The notes under the pieces are model-generated. The model was not told the DNA's origin, did no database searches, and saw nothing but the letters and a program-made list of their open reading frames with translations. From Chitinophagales bacterium (lineage in GTDB: Bacteria; Bacteroidota; Bacteroidia; Chitinophagales; UBA10324), in the NCBI GenBank assembly GCA_038326325.1, contig JBBQJW010000010.1, forward strand, positions 65,187-129,186: a DNA stretch of 64,000 nucleotides. The letters run 5' to 3'. Below are positions 17,453 to 27,400 of this stretch, in pieces (the first letter of the stretch is position 1; each line of letters begins with the position of its first letter). Both the position numbers and the translations under genes were made by a program.

Positions 17453-17607
17453 AATCATTGAAGAAATTGGAAAGGAAAAAATCAAAGTGATATCTGATAT
17501 TGTAGCAATAATTTTTTTTGTGTTACAGAACTGAAGCGAAACTTAATTATACAAATAGAAGATAATATTTAATAAATATTAATCTCAGTAATAAAATAAT
17601 TATTAAG

Positions 17608-18264
17608 CTAATTCTTCAAAGTTGTAAAAACTCCAAGCGGTTCAGCATATAATGAATTATCCTTACTACTTCCATCACATTTACTTGCAACTGTCCAGAT
17701 ATATTTTGTTTCTGGATTTAGATTAGAGAGCAGGAAATAATTTCCGTTTCCCTCTCCAACACTTACCATTACCCATTTCGGCCTCTCATTCTGAGTTTTA
17801 TAACGAATTATATACTTAGTACTATTCAGTGGTCCTGTCCAGTGTAACAGTACAGAAGTTGAAGTTATACTATCTACCTTAAGGTTAAATGGAGTTTCAC
17901 AGGGAAACTCAGTCGTGAAATTTACTTTAACAGAATATTCTGAAGTGTCTTTAAAATCAATATTGCAATAAGAAAGTATCTGTAATTCATAAGTCGAGTT
18001 CGGAGCAAGGTTAGAAATTTTCGTTATTGAGTCAGAAGGTAAAACACGCATTGAACTCCAAACCGATGTTCCAACTACTCTTGCCCTTAATTTATACCCG
18101 CAAGAACCTTTGACTTTTGACCATGAAATTTTCGCAAAAGAACTACCAGCTTTTACTGCTTTTAAATTTTCAGGAGTCAAACATTTATTTTGGGCCGTTA
18201 CATCACAAACTGAAAAAATCAATGCCACAATCAATGCAATGGATGTATTATAAAATTTAAACAT
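17608..18264 (-). CDS. Secreted protein with two fibronectin type III-like domains
   Basis: It has a signal peptide (ALIFSVCDVTAQ). The FN3 pattern occurs twice: P.NL......S..A.ISW......Y.L..R... L.P.T.Y...I. Confidence 0.7.
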   Translation of the reverse strand: MFKFYNTSIALIVALIFSVCDVTAQNKCLTPENLKAVKAGSSFAKISWSKVKGSCGYKLRARVVGTSVWSSMRVLPSDSITKISNLAPNSTYELQILSYCNIDFKDTSEYSVKVNFTTEFPCETPFNLKVDSITSTSVLLHWTGPLNSTKYIIRYKTQNERPKWVMVSVGEGNGNYFLLSNLNPETKYIWTVASKCDGSSKDNSLYAEPLGVFTTLKN

Positions 18265-18268
18265 TTTT

Positions 18269-18967
18269 CTATTTTAAAGTTTTGAATTTAATATAAGGAG
18301 CAAAGAGGGGCGAAATTCCTCTTTCAGCACTGCCACAAATTGATTTTAAGGAAAGCACATATTCAGTATCAGGTTTCAGGTTTATTAATATATAGGCGGG
18401 TTGATATGTAGCATCAACTGTAACACTTAACCAATTTTTTATTTTTTGTTCATTAGGAGCATAAAACAATTTGAATTTTTTTGAATCGAGAGTTGAAGAC
18501 CATTCAATTGCAGCTGAAGAACTATCAATATTAGTTACCATTATTTTATTAGGAAGTTCGCAACCACAGCTAGTGATTAGCGTATCAGCCAGAGAAAAAT
18601 CAGAGGTATCATCAATATGACCGCTGCACATTATTCCCATTTGAACAATGTAAACAGAAACTGATTTCATCTTTGGAATCTGCATCACAGTATCAGGCGC
18701 ATTGACCATAAAATAATTCCAAACAGAGTCATGAGGAGATTTTATTCTTGCACGATAAGCAAACGCCCCGGGAATTGAATTCCACTTTGTATTAATTGTT
18801 TTACCCGTGATACTTACAACAGAAAAATTTTTAAGCCCATTACATTTAGATTGAGAATAAGAATTCTGATAAAAAAAAATCAATAACAAAAAAATAATCG
18901 AGCCTATAAAAGAATATCTGGCTTCAGATAAATTTCGTATCAGATTAGCATTTACTTTGTTTTCCAT
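18269..18967 (-). CDS. Membrane-anchored or secreted protein with two fibronectin type III-like domains
   Basis: It has an N-terminal hydrophobic anchor and two FN3-like modules (NFSVVSITGKTINTKWNS..GAFAYRARIK; NKIMVTNIDSSSAAIEWSS). Its ATG overlaps the stop of the upstream giant gene by 1 nt (ATGA-type junction at 18967). Confidence 0.7.
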   Translation of the reverse strand: MENKVNANLIRNLSEARYSFIGSIIFLLLIFFYQNSYSQSKCNGLKNFSVVSITGKTINTKWNSIPGAFAYRARIKSPHDSVWNYFMVNAPDTVMQIPKMKSVSVYIVQMGIMCSGHIDDTSDFSLADTLITSCGCELPNKIMVTNIDSSSAAIEWSSTLDSKKFKLFYAPNEQKIKNWLSVTVDATYQPAYILINLKPDTEYVLSLKSICGSAERGISPLFAPYIKFKTLK

Positions 18968-21900
18968 TAATGAGCTACTACAATTTTTTTAGTGTAAGTA
19001 TTATTTTCCCCTTTGATTTCTAAAATGTAACAGCCACTTGCAAGATTCGCTGAGTTAATTATTTCGTTTGTAGTTCCTGTTTTAAGAAGGATAATTTTTG
19101 ATTGCATTACCTGTCCTAATTCATTTAATAAAACAAGGCGAACATTTGAACTTATCGAATAATTTGAAAAAGAAACATTAATTAAATCATCAGCCGGATT
19201 TGGAGCAATTACAATTCGAAACTCATTAGCAGTTAAATCTTCCGCACCTGTAAAGTTAAATTCAATAGACTGCGAGCTGCAACCGAAACTATCTGTAACA
19301 GCCACCGAATAATTTCCATAGTTAAGAATGATAATCTGCTGATAAATTGCTCCATTGATAATATTACCATTCAGATACCATTGATAGGACGAGTATAAAG
19401 TTGTAGAAAGAATATTTCCGCTTAGTGAAATCGCGGGGGTAACAGGCAAGGCATTTACAGTTACGAGATTATTCATTACGAGTGTATCACTGCCTGTAGC
19501 ATTTGAACTTATAAGTGTTACATCAAAAGCACCTGCCTGATTATAACATACATTTGGGTTCTGAGAATTAGTATTTCCAATTGAAGTTCCTGGCAATATC
19601 CAATGCCATGAAGTTGGTTGGTTGGTTGAAATATCGGTAAGTGAAATACAATCTCCTTCACAAATATTATTGTCGCTTAGGTTTAATGCAGCAAATGGTT
19701 TTGCTGTGAATGAATAATTAAAAGGTGTAGTATTTGAACACCCCCCTCCGCTCTCAACAAATACTTTATAGTTTCCTGATGTGTTTGCTATATAAAAATA
19801 ATTTGTCGCACCTGAAATTGCTGATCCATTTAGCAACCATTGATACTGTAACAGTCCCGAAGTTGTAAATAATGTATCGTCATGTTGTGTAATAATCGCT
19901 GTTGGTATTGAACTCGTATTAACCAATTGCATAAGCATTAATGTATCATAACCGTAAAAATTCCCTGTTATTAGTTGAACATTATATAACCCTGACTGAT
20001 TAAAACAAACTGTTGGGTTTGCCTGAATGGATATTGCCGGACTTCCCCCCTGAAAACTCCAGTTCCAATAATTTGGTTGATTGCTTGAGTTATCAGAGAA
20101 AGTAATGCATTCACCAACGCATATTTGGGTTGCAGAATAAGAGAATGATGTAACAGGAATAAAACTCTGAGAACTATAATAAAGTGGAATTGCAATTGAT
20201 GAACAACCTGAATTATTAAAAACTTCAACAGTATAAAATCCGGCTTGAGTTGCCTGATAGTTTTGATTAATAGCTCCGAAAATTGCGACTCCATTGAAAT
20301 ACCATTGATACGAAACCGCTGAGCTTAAACAACTTAAAAGATTACCAGAAATTGAAAACGAAGGTATTGGCGGTGTCGCATTAACAGTGATGTTTATTGT
20401 TTGTGAAAAATAATTACCACAAGGTGACTGAGTATAACAGAAATAACTTCCCCCGCCGCTCACAACATCTTGGTTATTAGTTGCCCCTGAAATCTGAATT
20501 CCGTCATGATACCATTGATAATTAAATGCGGGATTACCAGCAACAGACAAAACAGTTGATTCACCTTCACAAAAAATACTGTCGCCCGATAATGTAACAG
20601 TTGAAACAGGTACTGAAATAACATGCAATTGCAATCCATTTGAAGTTAAAGACCCGCAATAATTCTGAGCCTGACATTGATAAACCCCCTGCACCTGAGC
20701 AGAATAAGTTGAGTTCGTAGCACCACTGATATTTATTCCATTAAACATCCATTGGTATGAAGTAACATTGATTCCATTTGAAATTAACAACGAAGAAGTA
20801 TTGGAACAAATGGTATCGTTACCCGAAAATGAAATTGAAATTGAAGGTTGAGCAGAGCCTGCTGAAAGAACTAATGCATTAGTAGTATCACTTAGGCAGT
20901 TTGATTGAATAATGCAACTGTAAGTTCCCTGCTGCTGTGTGCTGTAAACAGAGTTGGTTGCGCCGGAAATAACTACATTTCCTGAAAGCCATTGAAACAA
21001 AAACCCTGAACCACTTGGTGCAATTAAATCAACTGTTACACCTGGGCATAACACATTTCCCTGAGAAGAAGTAATGACCAATGATGATAGTTGAAACACA
21101 TTAACACTTATCACAGTTGAATTGAATGTTCCACAAGAAATGCTACTGAACTCACATGAATAAACTCCGGTTGTTGTTGCGTAATAAAAATTATGGGTGC
21201 CACCTGAAATGTTACTTCCATTCAGTTTCCATTGATAAGACAATTGATTATTTGCTGTCGCAAAAAGATAAACCGAATCACCCGGACAAAGGTTACTTCC
21301 ATTCGGAGCATAAATAATATTTGTGAGATTGAAAGAACTAAGAATTAAATTATTTGAAAATATTGTTCCGCACTGGTTAGAAAACCGACAAGAATAAACT
21401 CCGGATATACTAGTCTGATAAGTATTTCCTGTTGCTCCATTAACAGGGTTTCCATTACGATACCATAAATAATTTATTCCTGATATGAAGAGCGCATTAA
21501 ATGTAACAGTTTGACCTGGACAAATATTCAAGCTGTCGTTCGTTTCAATTGAATCAGGCAATGATGGTGCAACAGAAATATTTAATGCGTTTGATAAATT
21601 TGAATTACAGAAATTACTTACAAGACAGGTATATGATCCCTGTTGCGTCGCTATAAATGATAGTCCTGTAGAATCCAAAACATCAATACCATTAAACCTC
21701 CATTGATACTGATAATCAATTCCGGGACTTGCCGTCAAAAGAGCGGATTGCCCCGAACAAAGTGATGTTAAACCGGTAGTACCAATTGAGGCAACAACAG
21801 GATTATTCAAATGAACAGAAATTATATTTGAATAAGTAGACCCGCAAGCATGATTGATTCGTAAAGTATAATTACCACTTTGATTTGTAGTATAATTATT

Positions 21901-24471
21901 TAAAGTTGCTCCGCTGATTGTTACACCATCTCTATACCATTGAAAAATTAATGTTCCGTTCCCATAGTTTACATAACTACTGTTAAAAATCACATTCGAA
22001 CCCGAACAACCTTGAATCATACTTGAAGTTGAAATATAAACAGATGGAACTCCTAATGGATTCAGGTAAGCATAATTAGATGTTACATAATTCCCGCATT
22101 GATTATAAACTCTTACATAATAAGTTCCGGTTTGATTTACATTAAGTGTATCCTGATTTGCATTAGGTATTATGTAATTATTGTAATACCATTCATAATA
22201 AATATTTACAGGATGATTTGTTAAAGCGAGATGGGCCGAAGAACCGTTACACATGTATGTTAGACTGGAAACCAAAGTTCCTGCACTTGTAATTGTTGGT
22301 ATAATAGAAGTAATGTGAATGGTATCAGAATAAACATCCCAGCCACAACCACTAACCGCCCTAACATAATAATCGCCAACTGTTGTTGCGGTAAATACTC
22401 CACTTGCCGATGTACTACTTGAAGTGAGAATTCCGTTTTTATAAAAGTAAACAAACACTCCACCTGAAAGCGATACACAATTAAAAACCTCATAACTAAA
22501 ATGAATAGGGTTGCATCCTGATGTTGAAGTATTAAAAAGTGAAATGTGAGCGAGCGATTGGTTATTTACATTGACTGCTTTGGTTCCAAACGCACAATTA
22601 GATCCTGAGTGCGCTGTATAAATATAAGTTGCATTGCTGCTGGGAACTGAAGTAATGACATTCTGATTTTGCGTGATAACACTAGCTTCAGGATACCAGA
22701 TATAATTCTGATAAAACTGATATGCTGTAACAGTAATAGTATCTCCTGCGCATATAACAGATGGTCCCGCGATTGAACCTGAAAAAGAAGAACAATAATT
22801 TAGCTGGTTCTCACTCCTTATCATTATGTTTTTATCGGAGAAATTCAGGTTTAAAAAGTAACTACCGGAACCTGAAGTTGGATTATTTAATGAAGAAGTT
22901 ACTGTAACAGTATTCAAATTAAGGTTTCCATAACCCTCAAAATAATAATTCGCATTTACGGTTTTGGGATAACCAAGTTTTACTTCCGAGGCAGAGGGTG
23001 ACAACCCTTGTCCGCTAAAATTCAAAATAAGATTGAGCGGATGATAGGTCGAATAAATAGTTGGAAGAATTAAAGTATCCGATGGTGTCACAGTCAGATG
23101 AGGAACATTTATTTTCTGAAGAAAAACCGAACCGCCATTTAGACCATTAGAATAGATAGTACTCGAATGAAAATAAGTACTGTCAGGCATTTTAACATCT
23201 GATCCACAAAATCCACCAATCAAAAAACTGTTATTGCCATTATTTAAAACCCTAAAACATCTTTCAGTATTCGAAGCTAAGGCTGCTGAATACTTTCCAA
23301 TTGACAATGCATTTAAGTTTTGATCTAGCAAAATAAAATAGCCATTACACTGTATATTGCTTAGCGAAAATGGAATAGAGGAATCTAAAGGAATCTGGGC
23401 ACCAGGCCTGGCCCTTCCACAAACAACAGGATTATTATTTATTAAATCAATATCAATGGTATTCCCTGAATTAATGGTTGTAGCTAATTTTAAATAAACA
23501 CCATTAGAATCAAATTCAGCAATGAATCCACTTCTGTAGTTGTTAAAATTTAGTGTTGAAACATTTGGGTCAATGAAAAATGTGTAATTCCCAGACCTTC
23601 CCACTACAAAAATATTTCCTGATGAATCGATTGCAAGACTTCTCATTTCATCATAGGCTGTGCTTCCTGCAGTTTTAACCCAACTAACATTCATTGAAGC
23701 ATTAAGCTTCATTAAAAAGCAATCCTGATATCCATGGGCTATTAATGAAAAAGTCGAAATTAAAAATGAAGCAGAATACTCGCCACATACAAAAATGTTT
23801 CCGTTGTTATCCGTTTTAATTTTTGATGCATTATCCAATCCAATTCCGCCATATCGGCTTCCACTTACCCAGATTCCAGCAGTATCCAATTTCAAAATAC
23901 AAATATCTGTTGCACCTGCTGAGGTTAAATTATTTCCATAATAGTTAAATGTGTTACTGAATCCTCCGGCAAGAAATAAACTATTATTTCGGATATCAGC
24001 CGAGTAAATAAATGATTCGTCAGATGAGGAAACTTTTATCCATTTAAAATTTCCATTACTGTTATACTTCGCTATAAAAAATTTTCTTGCATGAGAAATC
24101 ACAGTCGTGAACATCTGTGCTCCTACTTTCATTGTATCATAAAAATTTCCAACAACATAAATATTGCTTGCATCATCAATCAAAATACTTCGCGGGGTTA
24201 TTTCTTCGCCTTTAATATTATTCATCCTCCATATCTCAATTCCCGAAGAATTCATTTTGGTTAAAAACATTCCCTTATTCCGAATGGTATCGCCAGAAGC
24301 AGCAATAGCATTTTTTCCAATGCGACCTGCGGTGTAAATAAATCCATTGTTGTCACGCTCAATGCACGAACAGAACCCACTTTCGCTTTCATACATGTGT
24401 AACAGTTGAGTCAACTGGGCATGTGCTACTGTCTGAAAGAAGAAAAGAAAAAGTATTAAATATTTTTTCAC
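18967..24471 (-). CDS. Giant (1834 aa) T9SS-secreted adhesin-like protein: N-terminal beta-propeller-like repeats, at least 11 Ig-like modules, 2 PKD domains, and a type-A T9SS C-terminal sorting domain
   Basis: It has a signal peptide. The module C.G..v.L......YQW..NG..I.GAT...Y....G.Y.C recurs many times. PKD signatures are W.W.F.GG.P and NP.V.Y...G.Y.V.LI. The C-terminus IAPNPADDLINVSF...LASGCYILEIKGEN...KKIVV fits the Por_Secre_tail pattern. A GTG start directly follows the TAG stop of the upstream gene. Confidence 0.9.
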   Translation of the reverse strand: MKKYLILFLFFFQTVAHAQLTQLLHMYESESGFCSCIERDNNGFIYTAGRIGKNAIAASGDTIRNKGMFLTKMNSSGIEIWRMNNIKGEEITPRSILIDDASNIYVVGNFYDTMKVGAQMFTTVISHARKFFIAKYNSNGNFKWIKVSSSDESFIYSADIRNNSLFLAGGFSNTFNYYGNNLTSAGATDICILKLDTAGIWVSGSRYGGIGLDNASKIKTDNNGNIFVCGEYSASFLISTFSLIAHGYQDCFLMKLNASMNVSWVKTAGSTAYDEMRSLAIDSSGNIFVVGRSGNYTFFIDPNVSTLNFNNYRSGFIAEFDSNGVYLKLATTINSGNTIDIDLINNNPVVCGRARPGAQIPLDSSIPFSLSNIQCNGYFILLDQNLNALSIGKYSAALASNTERCFRVLNNGNNSFLIGGFCGSDVKMPDSTYFHSSTIYSNGLNGGSVFLQKINVPHLTVTPSDTLILPTIYSTYHPLNLILNFSGQGLSPSASEVKLGYPKTVNANYYFEGYGNLNLNTVTVTSSLNNPTSGSGSYFLNLNFSDKNIMIRSENQLNYCSSFSGSIAGPSVICAGDTITVTAYQFYQNYIWYPEASVITQNQNVITSVPSSNATYIYTAHSGSNCAFGTKAVNVNNQSLAHISLFNTSTSGCNPIHFSYEVFNCVSLSGGVFVYFYKNGILTSSSTSASGVFTATTVGDYYVRAVSGCGWDVYSDTIHITSIIPTITSAGTLVSSLTYMCNGSSAHLALTNHPVNIYYEWYYNNYIIPNANQDTLNVNQTGTYYVRVYNQCGNYVTSNYAYLNPLGVPSVYISTSSMIQGCSGSNVIFNSSYVNYGNGTLIFQWYRDGVTISGATLNNYTTNQSGNYTLRINHACGSTYSNIISVHLNNPVVASIGTTGLTSLCSGQSALLTASPGIDYQYQWRFNGIDVLDSTGLSFIATQQGSYTCLVSNFCNSNLSNALNISVAPSLPDSIETNDSLNICPGQTVTFNALFISGINYLWYRNGNPVNGATGNTYQTSISGVYSCRFSNQCGTIFSNNLILSSFNLTNIIYAPNGSNLCPGDSVYLFATANNQLSYQWKLNGSNISGGTHNFYYATTTGVYSCEFSSISCGTFNSTVISVNVFQLSSLVITSSQGNVLCPGVTVDLIAPSGSGFLFQWLSGNVVISGATNSVYSTQQQGTYSCIIQSNCLSDTTNALVLSAGSAQPSISISFSGNDTICSNTSSLLISNGINVTSYQWMFNGINISGATNSTYSAQVQGVYQCQAQNYCGSLTSNGLQLHVISVPVSTVTLSGDSIFCEGESTVLSVAGNPAFNYQWYHDGIQISGATNNQDVVSGGGSYFCYTQSPCGNYFSQTINITVNATPPIPSFSISGNLLSCLSSAVSYQWYFNGVAIFGAINQNYQATQAGFYTVEVFNNSGCSSIAIPLYYSSQSFIPVTSFSYSATQICVGECITFSDNSSNQPNYWNWSFQGGSPAISIQANPTVCFNQSGLYNVQLITGNFYGYDTLMLMQLVNTSSIPTAIITQHDDTLFTTSGLLQYQWLLNGSAISGATNYFYIANTSGNYKVFVESGGGCSNTTPFNYSFTAKPFAALNLSDNNICEGDCISLTDISTNQPTSWHWILPGTSIGNTNSQNPNVCYNQAGAFDVTLISSNATGSDTLVMNNLVTVNALPVTPAISLSGNILSTTLYSSYQWYLNGNIINGAIYQQIIILNYGNYSVAVTDSFGCSSQSIEFNFTGAEDLTANEFRIVIAPNPADDLINVSFSNYSISSNVRLVLLNELGQVMQSKIILLKTGTTNEIINSANLASGCYILEIKGENNTYTKKIVVAH
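19251..22791 (-). repeat. Array of at least 11 Ig-like modules plus 2 PKD modules inside the 1834-aa CDS (approximate bounds)
   Basis: The (Y/F)QW..NG..ISGAT...Y...G.Y.C motif recurs roughly every 75-80 aa in the translation. Boundaries were estimated from amino-acid positions ~560-1740. Confidence 0.55.
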
Positions 24472-27400
24472 CTATTTGGGATTTACAATTAACTGATGAA
24501 ACAGCTGATTATCTATCGTATAAATTTCAACTACCACACAATCCGCGTTGTAATCTATTAAAGGAATGCTGCAACTTGTTTTCCCTTCAGGAATAATCTC
24601 ATCAAGCTTCTGTCCAATTGTATTGAATAGCAAAAGATGGTCTACCAAACCACATCCATCAATAATCAACTTATCATTTCTGATAAAGATTTTAATTTGA
24701 ACGGGATCAATTTTTTCTTCTCCTGTAATTATATATGGAACAGAGGTTCCACGACAACCATCTGATGAAATTACTACCACAGTATAATCACCATTTCCCA
24801 CTGGCGTTAAGGTATAAGTTCCCGCAGAAGCAATAAAAATTCCATTCAGATACCATTCAAAAGTATAGCCCGAACCATTTGGATAATTGCAAACCAAATT
24901 GCCACCTGAATATGAAATTATCGGAGCTGGATTCGCTAACACCTGAACAAAAGAATTAAAAACTGTTGTTCCGGTGCCTGAGAAATTACTTACCGAAAGT
25001 GAAACACTATAAATTCCAACATTAGGAAAACAAATTCCCGTTGGGTTTTGAAGGATTGAGGAAGGAGTTGTTGCTCCTGTAAAACTCCATTGCCAGCTAT
25101 AGGGTAAATTTGATGACTGATCAAAAAAATCAATGCAATCGTTCTGACAAATTATAGTATCAGAAGAAGCTATATGAGGAACAGGTATATCAAAAAATTT
25201 ATACGATAATAAATTGAACGCATTGCACCCTGTCTGATAATTAGCGTTAACATTATAAATACCTGATGAATCCGGTACAAAATAATTATTCGTTGCCCCT
25301 GAAATTGACCCAGAACCTCCATACCATTGGTAAGCAATAATTCCAGTACCCAACGCAAAGAGCGTATCACCAGATTGAGTAATAGTTGGAGGTGTCGCTA
25401 TTAAAACATGAATCATTTGCGGAAAATAAAAAGTATCGGAACCAAATACATTACTCGCAATTAAAGTCACATCAAAATCTCCTGGTTGAGTAAAACAAAT
25501 AATCGGATTTTGTTGTGTCGTTGTACCAGGATTACCACCACCAATTGTCCAAAACCACGAAGTGGGGAAATTGACTGAAAGATCAGTAAAGTTTATACAT
25601 GTTCCTGCACAAATATTTGAGTCAGATGACATAAGATTTATTTGTGGAGGACTATTAACTGTAACAGAAATATCATTGCTGATTCCTGTACACCCACTAC
25701 TATTTGACACAACAACATTGTAAACACCTCCGCTCGTAGGAACATAAGTAGAATTATTTCCACCGATAATTGTACTTCCATTCTCATGCCACTGATAAGT
25801 AAAAGGTCCACCTCCATTAGTAACTGTAGAAGTTATTGTGCCACCTGTTAAGGAAATCGTAACAACGGGAGATGGATTAACAATAACAAAATTATTTTGA
25901 TAAAGAGTATCACTTCCACTTAAGTTAGAAGTAATTAATTCCACCGAAAATGTATCAGTAGAATAATAGCATATTATGGGATTACTCAGAGTACTTGAAG
26001 AAGGAGTTCCCCCTGGAAAATACCACTGAATTGATGTCGGCGAATTGGAAGATGTACTACTAAAATATAAACAATTGTTTACACAGATATTCGGATTTCC
26101 CGAAATGAAAGAAGATAAAGGAGCAGGAGAGTATGCATAAGGAGCAAGGCTTGTGTTATGGCAACCAAATGAAGTATAAACTGTTACATTATAATTTCCC
26201 GATACAGTCGGAACATAAAAGCTATTTGTTGCTCCGGCAATTGCACTTCCATTTAAATCCCATTGATATGTATAAGAACCAACCGGAGCAAATAAAGTAT
26301 CGTTCTGATAAGTAATGTTTGCGGGCGGTATTCCAAAAACGGTAATGTATCCTGAGACTGTTACAGTATCGGAGCCAAATGAGTTGTGAGAAATAAGTGT
26401 TACATCATAAACGCCAGGAATCAAATAGCAAATAAAAGGGTTTTGTAATGTTGAACTGGATGGAACTCCCCCAGGAAAAGACCATTCCCATGATGTCGGA
26501 TTATTCAGCGTTTGATCACTATAGGTTATACAAAATGCCTGACAAATCTTAATTTGATTCGAAGTAAACAAAGCTGTAGGCAGAGTATTAATTGTAAAAA
26601 TCAATGAGGGACTCGTAGCCGAACAGCCGTTAACTCCGATTATCTCAACAGAATAATATCCGTTTTGAGTAGCTGTATAACTCTGGTTATTAGCTCCTCC
26701 GATTTGCACACCATTCAAATACCATTGATAATAAGTTGCTGTAACAGATGATGTAAGCACAGTTCCGTTCTGAACAATGACAGGTGTAACAGGTTGAGGC
26801 ATTACTGTTACACATGAAGTACAGTTAAAGGTATCAGCTCCGAATTGATTTGAAACGATCATTTGAACATCAAAAGTTCCTGAGCTATCAAAACAAATTG
26901 TAGGAGAAGAGGATGTTGATGAAGCCGGATTCCCACCATTGAAGGTCCATTGAAAAGTGTTTGGGGTATTTGTTGATGAGTTTACAAATGGAATACATTC
27001 ACCTTCGCAAATAGTATTATTTCCCAATATAAACGAAGCAACAGGGCTTGCCATAACCACAATATTTGAAAAAGCTGCACAACCAATGTACGATGTTACC
27101 ATCACCAGGTAGTTTCCAGGCTGAGTTGGAACATAACTTTGATTTGTTGCACCTGCAATCGGATTATTATTAATATACCACTGGTAAGAAGCTCCAACTG
27201 TATTACAAATCAAAGTATCGTTCTGATTTATAATTATTGGACTCAGATTCAACACATGTATATATCCAGGATAATATAGCGTGTCATAACCATATATGTT
27301 ATGAACTATGAGTGTTACATCAAATGTTCCGGCATTCGGATAACAAATATTTGACGGAGAAACCAGTGATGAGGTTGGAGGAGAACCGCCTTGAAAAATC

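Noticed and set aside
24469-24477. Possibility that the two giant ORFs are one gene split by a nonsense mutation, since TAG is immediately followed by GTG.
   Set aside because: The upstream protein ends with its own beta-rich CTD-like segment, and the downstream protein begins with a full signal peptide (KKYLILFLFFFQTVAHAQ). They are therefore two complete, translationally coupled genes.
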